From: Macrostomum lignano
Lineage: Eukaryota
Length of the DNA: 64,000 bases
Direction: 5' to 3'
NCBI GenBank assembly: GCA_002269645.1
Contig: NIVC01000382.1
Coordinates: forward strand, 558,001-622,000
Position numbers and translations under genes: made by a program. The notes under the pieces are model-generated. The model was not told where the DNA came from. It made no database searches and worked only from the letters and a program-made list of their open reading frames with translations. This document shows positions 54,100-64,000 of the stretch, piece by piece (position 1 is the first letter of the stretch; every line of letters begins with the position of its first letter).

Positions 54100-54999
54100 T
54101 TCCTACCGCTATGAAATGAAGGAAAAATGCAGTTTTATATTTTAAAAACTCTATTTCTATATCTGCAAGATGCGGATCTTCTTCTGAGATGCTGGCTCAT
54201 ATATATACACTGAGTTCTGCGAGACGCCCCCGTGCTGTAGCCAATCTCAATCAACCTGAGCCTGCTCGAAGCCAAGCAGCCTATTAGGAGAGCTTCATCA
54301 TGGAGTCCTAGACTAGTGAATCTGGAACAGGAGCAGATGTCTGAATGGGACTTTATTCCAATTCACGCACAAGACAGATTAAAAAAGTGCGCTCATTCTG
54401 ATTAATAAATGTAGAGGTTCAATCCAGAAAACTGGCACGTAAAATGTGACACGAATCAAATAAATTTATTTTCTCCATATCGCATCATCGGGATGTTAAA
54501 ATCTTTAGGCTTATCGATAACTTTTACAGTACCTTACCTCTATCGCAAAGTCGGCTTCTTATACTTAGCACAATATTGAATTGCAACCTAAACCAGTAAG
54601 TGACACAAAATTAATACTCCGTTCTCCGAATACCGATTTTAATTATGCATACTGATAACTAAGTATTGATGAAGTGATTGCGGACTGCAATATTGGGTTT
54701 TTCATCCAAGCACAGGGCATGCAGTTTTACTTTCATAAGTTAGTAGACTAATAGTGCAACTTATACTTTGTAACAAAATATCTGATTGTTTAAACAAGAC
54801 TGCCTTACCAATAAATAAAGGTAATTACGGCCAACTTGCCCTGTTGGGCTACCCGTTCCGTGATGGGTTACAATTGCGCGTAAGGCAAATCAATAAGTTT
54901 TTTTGAAAAATGCTCTGCAATTTGATAGCAAATAAAATTGGATGCATTTCATGTCTTGAATTTTTCAGTGTTTGCATGTGTCTACATGTTGATGTACAT

Positions 55000-55545
55000 T
55001 TAACGGTCTGGTGCCCCACGTGGAAGAGGACCTCCGGCGGCGCATTGGACTTGCCTGGGTGGCCTTTCGTTCGATCCGAGCCGTCCTCCAGTCCGAAGCG
55101 CTGCCCGACCGCCAGAGGGCTCGGCTGTGGCAGGCGGTGGTCGAAACCGTCCTGCTATACACGCCGAAACGTGGACGCTGACGGCTACGCTAGTCGAGCG
55201 GCAGCTGGACTCGGCGCACTCAGGGCTGCTCCGTGCGGCCTTTCGAGTTGACGAGAGCGTCGGGACCGAGGCCCTGTACGATCGGGCCAAGCTGCAGCGC
55301 CCGTCCATCATTCTGCGCCGGCGGCGACTCAACTGGCGGGTCACGTGATCCGGGCCGAGGGCTACTGCCCCCAACCTGTTCAGGACGTCCTGCTGCTCAC
55401 CTTGCAGGGTCCGTTTAGGCGGGGTCAGGCCCGAACCCATCGATACGTGGACTGCCTGCTGTGCGACGCTGGGGCGCCCGACACTGCCAACGGAGCGGAC
55501 TTTAATGTTCGCTCCCAGGCTCTGCGGCGCGCCATCTGACGCGCC
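55000..55545 (+). mobile_element. 5'-truncated RTE-clade LINE, 3' end of ORF
   Basis: EEDLRRRIGLAWVAF..VETVLLY-AETWTLT..LRRRRL-AGHVIR, with frameshifts. Confidence 0.85.
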
Positions 55546-55718
55546 CTGCTCTAACCGTGACTGTGTGCATGCGGGGTCGCGTATTTTGTTGTTGTGCCCG
55601 ATATTGCACTCCAACCTCGTTACGTGTCTGCGCCAACCCCCAGCAGCACACTATGAAAACGGTACCCAATTCAAACAGCGTCCCAAAGTCACGCCACCCA
55701 GAGACATTTTTAGATATA

Positions 55719-56199
55719 CACGGGTGAAAAAGAGTAAAGTGACTCTAGACGACTCGAGAACGATGAGTTGTCACGGTACAAGTCGCCAAAAAGTCGCATA
55801 AGAGTCACCTTGAGGCATTTTATTGTCTACGACTCTAAAACGACTCTAGAGTCACTGTGGAGTCACTGAGTTGCCTCTAAAGCTTTGCATCTGCGGCTCT
55901 TTATGAATTAGAATCGCATTTCGCATTTAGAGCACCTCTATTTAGTCTACTTGAGTCAGTAGAAAGTTAAGCGCTAACACAAAAGCTCTTGGACGACTTT
56001 TTCGAGACTCTTTTACGATTCTGCAACTCACGTGACGCGCTCCTGACTCGACAGTCGCCTCAAAATCGCATTGCAGTTGTTTGAATGGTTAAAAAATCAC
56101 AAGACTTGCCCCAGAATCGCTTGAGTTACTATAGAGTTGCTTGGAATGACACCTTATAATTAAGCGATTCTTGTTTCAGAAACGCGCTTTTAACGGGTG
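55719..56199. repeat. GACTC/GAGTC-rich interspersed repeat (possible CACTA/EnSpm-like non-autonomous element)
   Basis: CAC..AAAAAG start and CTTTT..GTG end; related to 63598-64000. Confidence 0.4.
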
Positions 56200-56939
56200 C
56201 ATCCACCTCCCCATTCTTGCAGCCACAGTTACAGCAGCTCACTGGGTCCACTGAGCTTTTCCGGCCGAGGTTTGCCCGCAGTGCTTTTTGTAGCACAGTT
56301 TTCCACGCTGCAGAGGAAATTAAATTCTTTTGCGGGCAAATCTCCAGCTCCCTGATTGGCTGCCCCACCCTTTTCTACCACCTTTTGTCTCTAGCCCTGA
56401 AGCTCGTGCTAAACAGCTAGGATTGCATGTAGGAGTCGAGTGTCAAGTATCAAACTCAAGGACAGACTCGAGGCCCACTCTTGAGTGTCTTGACTACTGG
56501 CCCTTTATCCTTGACGAAGTAGTGTCACAACGTATGTATAAAATTTATAAAAGTAATTAAGGTAGTTTTTAGTTGCGTAGGTGTTCCGTGGCTGTTTGCT
56601 AATTATTATCTCATTGGGACTAATGAATATGCATAAATTAAATTTATGATTACCAGTGGCATGTCGTTCATTCTATCGATTGACCGTAGGACAAATTTGA
56701 AGTCGAAGGGAAAGCGATTTTAGACAGAATCATTGTCTTACTGAACCCGATGGAATGCTATCCATGCCATAGCTAGCGAAGAAACTGCTTGTATTATCAT
56801 ACTTCGTCGCAACGGAACGAAGCAAATAGAAAATGGCATACATTGCAGGTACAAGAGTAAATATGAAGAACATACGGGCAAATAAAGTTGCATGTAAGTG
56901 AATGAAAAAAATATTAACAGCAGTTCGATTACAGTTTCA

Positions 56940-57165
56940 GCAACCAGTTAGCCGAGTGCCACTTAAAGAAGCACGGCTCCAGGCAAAGCCCAGGCTGACC
57001 GTCACAGGTTTGGCAGAGGTGAACGGTAGCGGGTAGATTTTCCAGCCAGTGATGGATGCCGCATGGCTGACAGGGAAGAACCTGACGCTTAACTTTGGAT
57101 CGACCATTTCCGCTGGTTTCAGTCAAGTGCTTTACACACCTTTCAGTGTAGTTGGGAAAGCTCAT
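56940..57165 (-). mobile_element. piggyBac transposase C-terminal cysteine-rich domain fragment
   Basis: KRQVLPCQPC..TVHLCQTCDGQPGLCLEPCFFKWH fits the PGBD C-terminal zinc ribbon. Confidence 0.75.
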
Positions 57166-57482
57166 CGATCCACCTAGATCAGTTATTTCCAGCTACATGA
57201 ACGATAGCTCATCAATGGCTTAATAAAAAACTCAGCACTCTAGCCACGATTTAGCTACGCGTAGAATTTATAAACTTATATTATTTATAAAGTCACTTCG
57301 CATTCTCGATAAAGTCCAAGGACTGATTTTTCTAGATTTTCTATCCCTCGGATATTCCGCTCCTTTTTGTCGATGCTTTCCGAGCGGATTTCGAACAGCT
57401 GCGCTTTAGAATTTGAAGTATCTCCAGCGTCATTATGAGATACGTTGTTTATGCTAGGCGCACGGGGTCATAATATTAATTA

Positions 57483-57669
57483 ATTACACCTGCCCCAGTT
57501 GGGCCAGATGTGCAACCGACAGCTCAGCCGCAGCTATTGCGCGGCGCATCTGAAGACTGCGTACGGCTGTTCAGTCCAAGGACTGGGGGGTCGCCATGCA
57601 CACACCCTCAATTACCCCAGCTAATGCTGGCACCCATTTTACAGCTGGGTGAACTGAAGCAATGCATAG
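57483..57669 (-). mobile_element. 5'-truncated CORE-like SINE copy
   Basis: Same family; inverted relative to the adjacent copy. Confidence 0.85.
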
Positions 57670-57711
57670 TTGAGTTAAAAGTTAAGAGCAGTCAATGCAA
57701 TGCAGGCTGAA

Positions 57712-59010
57712 GAACAGCCTAGACCCTAGTGGTTAGAGCAGGGGTCAGCAACCTCCGGCCCTCGGGTACTTTAAAATTTCAAAATAGCAATCTCTCTTTT
57801 CTCTTCTCTCCCCTATCCTCTTTTCTCTTCACTCCCCTATCCTCTTTTCTCTTCACTCCCCTATCCTCTTTTCTCTTCTCTCCCCTATCCTCTTTTCTCT
57901 TCACTCCCCTATCCTCTTTTCTCTTCTCTCCCCTATCCTCTTTTCTCTTCTCTCCCCTATCCTCTTTTCTCTTCTCTCCCCTATCCTCTTTTCTCTTCTC
58001 TCCCTATCCTCTTTTCTCTTCTCTCCCCTATCCTCTTTTCTCTTCTCTCCCCTATCCTCTTTTCTCTTCTCTCCCCTATCCTCTTTTCTCTTCTCTCCCC
58101 TATCCTCTTTTCTCTTCTCTCCCCTATCCTCTTTTCTCTTCTCTCCCCTATCCTCTTTTCTCTTCACTCCCCTATCCTCTTTTCTCTTCTCTCCCCTATC
58201 CTCTTTTCTCTTCACTCCCCTATCCTCTTTTCTCTTCTCTCCCCTATCCTCTTTTCTCTTCTCTCCCCTATCCTCTTTTCTCTTCTCTCCCCTATCCTCT
58301 TTTCTCTTCTCTCCCCTATCCTCTTTTCTCTTCACTCCCCTATCCTCTTTTCTCTTCTCTCCCCTATCCTCTTTTCTCTTCACTCCCCTATCCTCTTTTC
58401 TCTTCTCTCCCCTATCCTCTTTTCTCTTCTCTCCCCTATCCTCTTTTCTCTTCACTCCCCTATCCTCTTTTCTCTTCTCTCCCCTATCCTCTTTTCTCTT
58501 CTCTCCCCTATCCTCTTTTCTCTTCACTCCCCTATCCACTTTTCTCTTCTCTCCCCTATCCTCTTTTCTCTTCTCTCCCCTATCCTCTTTTCTCTCTCCC
58601 CGCTATTCCCTCTTTCCCCTCTTCTCTCGTTTCATCCCATCTGTCATCTTCTATTTCCTTCTCTTCTCTCACCTGTCCCGCAGCCATGAGCTGGATTCCT
58701 TATCTGGCCCTTGATTAAAAAACTTTGCTGACCCCTGGTTAGAGCGTCGGATTCGTGACTTGAAAGTCGGGGGTTCGATTCACGATCCCAACTGGAACAA
58801 TGTGTCCTTGAGCAAGACACTTGACTCTGCACTGCTTCAGTTCACCCAGCTGTAAAATGGGCGCCAGCATAAGCTGGGGTAATTGAGGGTGTCTGGCGAC
58901 CCCCAGTCCTTGGACTGAACAGCCGTACGCAGTCTTCAGATGCCGCGCAATAGCTGCGGCTGAGCTGTCGGTTGCACATCTGGCCAACTGGGGCAGGTGT
59001 AATCTATTAT
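57712..59010 (+). mobile_element. CORE-like SINE split by a hAT MITE in its tRNA head
   Basis: cctagtggttagag (ending 57738) resumes as gttagagcgtcggattcgtg at 58738. Confidence 0.85.
57739..58737. mobile_element. hAT (Charlie/MER58-like) MITE carrying a 24-bp minisatellite
   Basis: TIR CAGGGGTCAGCAA / TTGCTGACCCCTG and duplicated target (G)GTTAGAG. Internal array CCTATCCTCTTTTCTCTTC(A/T)CTCC at about 57790-58590. Confidence 0.88.
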
Positions 59011-59723
59011 TATTAGGCACACGGACACTACAAATGGAATTTACTCAAGTTGCAGGCTTGCCGGATTTTCGTCAATCTAAATTTAAAACACGACGGCAAG
59101 ATTTTATTACTTTGCTAGCAATGAATTGTAAACCAGCTTTATAAAGATTTTAGACCGTAGCCGTCTGAATGCCCTAAAGGTATATCCGGTCGAAGGCCAA
59201 AATAATTTTAAAATGGAGAAATTTATCCGCCTACTGAAGTTTTTCCTATTCCAACTCCTGCTAGGAGAGGCAAAGACAGCACAGAAAGCAGTCGCAGGGA
59301 AAATTTATTACTAAATATTACTGCATAGAGCACGTACAATTGAAATTGAGACGCGAGCAATATTGATCGGCAAATGGTGTCAACAAACAGTTTTTTGTGC
59401 AAATAATAACAACATTTCAATATGCAATAAAGTTCAAAATATACATAATGACAATAGTGCGTTTTACCGCAATTAAAGCAATAAGAATTAGATTTAGTAT
59501 ATGTGAATAAATAGAACAGAAAACTACCATAATATCATGACTTTTATGGAAAATATATAAAAGAAATGTTTTCTACTGCAGTTACCGGCGTAGCATATAT
59601 TTGCATCAGGTGTTGGGAGAGACACGGATAGGACACTCATCCGATTTTCTACGACGAAGCCGCTGCATATTTATATTCAACTAAATTATTGTAACTGGCA
59701 TGATTTCATTGCCAAAAGACAAA

Positions 59724-60415
59724 GCTAGAACTGCACCCCGCAATCACGCGACCGCCACCCCATTTTCTCAAGTTTAGGCTAGAACTGCACCCCGCAATCA
59801 CACGACCACCACCCCATTTTCTCAAGTTTAGGCTAGAACTGCACCCCGCAATCACACGACCACCACCCCATTTTCTCAAGTTTAGGCTAGAACTGCATCC
59901 CGCAATCACACGACCACCACCCCATTTTCTCAAGTTTAGGCTAGAACTGCACACCCCGCAATCACACGACCACCACCCCATTTTCTCAAGTTTAGGCTAG
60001 AACTGCACCCCGCAATCACACGACCACCACCCCATTTTCTCAAGTTTAGGCTAGAACTGCACCCCGCAATCACACGACCACCACCCCATTTTCTCAAGTT
60101 TAGGCTAGAACTGCACCCCGCAATCACACGACCACCACCCCATTTTCTCAAGTTTAGGCTAGAACTGAACCCCGCAATCACACGACCACCACCCCATTTT
60201 CTCAAGTTTAGGCTAGAACTGCACCCCGCAATCACACGACCACCACCCCATTTTCTCAAGTTTAGGCTAGAACTGCACCCCGCAATCACACGACCACCAC
60301 CCCATTTTCTCAAGTTTAGGCTAGAACTGCACCCCGCAATCACACGACCACCACCCCATTTTCTCAAGTTTAGGCTAGAACTGCACCCCGCAATCACACG
60401 ACCACCACCCCGTTT
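59724..60415. repeat. 54-bp minisatellite, about 13 copies
   Basis: TTTTCTCAAGTTTAGGCTAGAACTGCACCCCGCAATCACACGACCACCACCCCA, with no variable spacers. Confidence 0.95.
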
Positions 60416-60762
60416 TCTAGCATTTAAGCTACAACCCAACATCACACGACAGCCACCTAATTTGTTTTCGATCCAACAAACTTAATAATTAAAATTAATT
60501 ATAATGCAAAACCTCTAAGCAAAAAGCTAAGAGACGCCACACAAGACTATTTCGGTTGAACTTTAAGAAAAAAACATAAACAATAGTCTTGGACCAGAGT
60601 AATGACTAAATTTAGCCAAACAAAAACACGGAAAATAGTTGAATAATAATCAAGCGCTGCGCTACCGAAAGTTTATCGGATCAATTTTAAATTAAGTGGG
60701 GTTTTCTAACAAAGGCAGTAACAGGAAAACTCTTGTTTATTTTTTCCTTAACTGAGAAAGTT

Positions 60763-61866
60763 CTATCTATTACTTCTATCGTCATCACTGCTGCTATTAG
60801 CTGGGGAATCGCGTCGACTTCTCTTTGATTCTTTGCTACGCTTATGCTCTTTGTCTTTGTTGCCGCTGCGCTTGTGATGCTTCTTGCTTTTATTCTTACT
60901 TTTGCTGCTACTAGAAGCAGACGCGTCCGCATTGCCGGACAATTGCTGCTTTTGCTCGATCCATTCTGGACTGTCTGAGTCAACGGCTTTACTGATGGGC
61001 GAACGGTCACGTTCACGGTCATGACGGCGCTCACGGTCACGGTCACGGTCCCGGTCCCGGTCACGTTCTCGGTCGCGGTCTCGGTCACGCGTCTTCTCCC
61101 GTTCTTTAGACCGAGAAGATCGGCGTCTCGAAAGTTTATGAGACTCCGACTTTGACTTTGACCTTTTCGACCTCGACCTTGACCTTGACCTATGCCGCGA
61201 GCGAGATCGTCTCGATCCTGGCCGATATCGATCTCCGTGTCTGCCGCGGCTGCCGCCTCTCCCGGTCTGTTTAGCAGCGGTCGACAGAGTTTCGGGACTG
61301 CGACTGCCGCGTCTGTTTTGATGGCTTGAGCCAGCCGTTGTCATGGTTACCGGCTGCTGCTGCTGCTGTGACTGTCTTTGCTCGCGAGCAGGACTGACCG
61401 AGGCAGCCGAGCGGTCTGCAAGACAAAATTTATCGAAAACTTAGGTAAAAAATTAGGAAATATAAAAACTAAAAACGAACGCCATTTTATGTTTTTTGGA
61501 GATAGACACCGATACGTACGCAGGCACACGCTCACATGAGGTGTACACACTGCGCAGTTGGTTAGGCCCTCATGGGCGAGAATCGCGCAAGCAAAATGCA
61601 CAGCTGAGACCTTTGATTAGCCAGATGAGATTGTTGCAGTCTCTCACCTCCGCTATTATAGTCGCCTCTTGAACGGCTAGAGATTCTCTCAGCTCTAACT
61701 GTGGCCACTCTGTCTAATTCAGCGCCCGATTCGCTAGCAGGACTGTGGCGAGATCGGGACCTTGACGACTGGCGTTGACGCCGACGGGCAGATGATTCGA
61801 GCGGCTCCGAATTGCTCTTCACCTCGGAGGAGTCGTCGTCGTCTTCATCGCCGTACTGATCGAGGC
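60763..61866 (-). CDS. 3' exons of an RS/RD-rich, Lys-rich protein (probable nuclear/splicing-related; identity unknown)
   Basis: Exons 61866-61648 and 61415-60763 are phase-compatible (GGAG|gtgaga, ttgcag|AC). Contains RSRSRHRSRSRS, RDRDRDRERDRD and KSKKHHKR tracts. Candidate upstream exons near 62080-62017, 62941-62888 and 63034-62984 have an ambiguous frame. Confidence 0.7.
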
Positions 61867-63329
61867 CTACATACGCGTGTGCGATTGTGATGTGAACGCG
61901 ACAGTGCTTAACACCTACAGTTGGCCTCAGAACTGGATAAGCCGTGTTGAAGGCTTTTGCACAAATTGCTAGACAAGACATCCAACTAATGTTGCCGAAA
62001 ATTCCACTGCCTATACTGTAATTCATGGGTCGGCCAACTCCGGCCCACAAAGCCTCTATTCGGCCTCGGATCCTTTGAAACTTCACAATAGCAATCCCCT
62101 CTCTCCTCTCTCCCCTTTTCTCCTTCGCTACCTTCTCAACTCTCTCCTCTCTTCTCTTCTCTCCCCTCCACTCTCCTCTCTCTGGCCTGCAGTCCTGCGT
62201 TAGATTCTCTATCAACGAGCAAAATTTTGCGTAACAAATATGAAAAATTTAATTACTTTCATGCGAAGTATTTCCTTTGCAAGGGTCCATGTTTACTGGT
62301 GTTTGAACACCTACTCCAATAGAGTAAAATATTGTGCCCGGGAAGTTTTGGAATATTATGTATTCTGAGCCAAATATGAAATTCTCAATCCAGCAGGTAC
62401 ATGTTAACGAAAGAGGTAAAAAAACGCACGAGAAGTCATAAAAATAACTTTTATGGCATCTGGTACGAAGTAATTACAGACAAGATACTTAATGAGAGTT
62501 ATTTCGATTGCAGACTATAATACATGATTTTCCAGGAAGAACTTGATTGGCAGATGCCTACCTATATCACAGTTAATCATATTTCCAACCACGGTTACCA
62601 ACAGCTAAATGATTATGAATTTTTTAAGAAAGATACACAAACAATGTCTGAAACATTGAATAGATCAACCAGAGATAAACACAGACATACAACGGAATGA
62701 CTCAATTATACTTTAGAAACTTAGACCTTACTGTATACACTCCATACATACCAGCTGGAAATACAGCAAGTGAAAGCGGTTTCCCAATAGATTGATACGA
62801 GTATAACATGTGTGCATGCCTGCTGAAAGCTCACTTACCTACTTACGGAATTCAACAAAAATATTTGTAAAAATATTTACAACTAACAGAAATGCGAATA
62901 ACGCCTAATCGCCAGTTGAACATCCTGAGCTGCTGGGTTTGCTGACAAAAACTATAACAACTGATAATAATTAACATTAAAACTATTGCACAAGAGGGTA
63001 AATATTTTCTCAGCCCTTGACAATATTTGCTGCGCTTAAACGAAAGAGCAGAAAGCAAGAGCTTAAGGGCACTATTTCATGTTAGCTGTAAAAAATGCTT
63101 TGCAAGTTGTCGCATTGGATTGGAGAAGACTGAAAATGTAAGATAACAAATATATCTGTGTGCTATCGATTCACACACAATTAAAACAAATTTGCATTCT
63201 AGTTGCAGAATCAGGATTCAGTTGACAATTAATTAAAACAGCTGTTAACTTGTTGTTAAAATTGAGGCAATTTTACATTTTCTTCACTTTTAAAAGACAC
63301 TTGTATCTTAGGTTAGACATTTCAATGAA

Positions 63330-63570
63330 GAGACCACCGCACTGCCGTGGAGCAGCTGGGAATGATGCGAATCGTTGCTCGCGGCGTGCCAAAGCTGCTG
63401 ACAGATTTTCACACGCAAGCTGCCCACCTGTCGTGAAATTGCAAGCACTATTAGACACTTGCAATTCAAGCTGGTACGACACCTACCCTATTCGCCGAAT
63501 CTGTCTGTCATCAATTACTGGCTGCTGTTGCTAAAGATGAAGGAACTACTGCGTGGACGTAGAGAAGTGT
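63330..63570 (+). mobile_element. Mariner (Mos1/SETMAR-like) transposase fragments
   Basis: LGMMRIVARGVPKLLT (cf. ARWVPKLLT) and HLPYSPNLSVINYWL..KMKELLRGRR (cf. HPPYSPDLAPSDYWLF). Confidence 0.75.
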
Positions 63571-63597
63571 GACCCGGAGTTTTTCCGGAGAAAACGG

Positions 63598-64000
63598 CAC
63601 CCAGGCCAAAAAGCGTCTTAGTCATTTTGCGTCATCCTGGAGTAGCTTTCAGAGTCGTTGAAGGTAACACAGGTAAGAATAGGAAAGAAGCGACTCTTTA
63701 ACGACGACGAGATGTCGCAGTGCAAGTCGCCGACAAGTTGTCAAAGATTCGCTTTAAGCGTCAATTTTAGCCGTTTAATCGTCTGCCTATGAAACGAGTC
63801 TGGTGCGACGAAAGTGACTCTGGGACCGTAGAGTCGTAACTGAGACGTGCCAGAGTTGCTTTAGAATCACTGAATTGCGTCTAAAGCGCATCTGCGTCAT
63901 ATTTAGCGACTCTTGTCACGGTAACTTTTAACAGGTTTAGACTGAGCACTACTTGATTTAACTACAGTCATTTTTTCTGCGAACTTATGAAAAAACCCTC
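63598..64000. repeat. Second GACTC-rich repeat copy (runs off the window)
   Basis: Shares gagtc/gactc motifs and agagtcactg/aattgc-tctaaagc-catctgcg with 55719-56199. Confidence 0.4.

Noticed and set aside
59724-60415. Regular 54-bp array as a CRISPR
   Set aside because: The units are identical with no unique spacers, there are no cas genes, and the context is eukaryotic. The same applies to the other arrays.

Overview
This is intron-rich animal genomic DNA, not prokaryotic. I found no rRNA, true tRNA gene or CRISPR array. The short introns, the RNW-type GPCR and the repeat landscape suggest a free-living flatworm such as Macrostomum, but that is inference only. Host genes recovered by manual splice-phase reconstruction: (1) a 4-18 kb cluster of secreted glycan-binding proteins, made of three tandem F-type lectin paralogs (one pseudo-exon; one PAN/apple+F-lectin gene interrupted by a DNA transposon; one open PAN+F-lectin gene) and a signal peptide + cationic amphipathic helix + WSC gene; (2) a GRAM-TM-coiled-coil (GRAMD2-like) gene; (3) a complete 12-exon BBS7 (714 aa); (4) a two-exon rhodopsin-family GPCR on the minus strand; (5) the 3' exons of an RS/RD-rich protein. 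The rest is dense, nested mobile DNA: a Ty3/Gypsy element with a tRNA-His PBS and an intact -1 frameshift signal, an Ngaro-type tyrosine-recombinase retroelement with split direct repeats whose empty-site homolog lies in the same window, Crypton relics, Tc1/mariner, piggyBac, RTE and RNase H LINE fragments, six copies of a tRNA-derived CORE-like SINE, a hAT MITE, a foldback carrying a solo LTR, and about 15 minisatellite or microsatellite arrays, many starting right beside splice donors. All calls come from reading the sequence; no searches were run.
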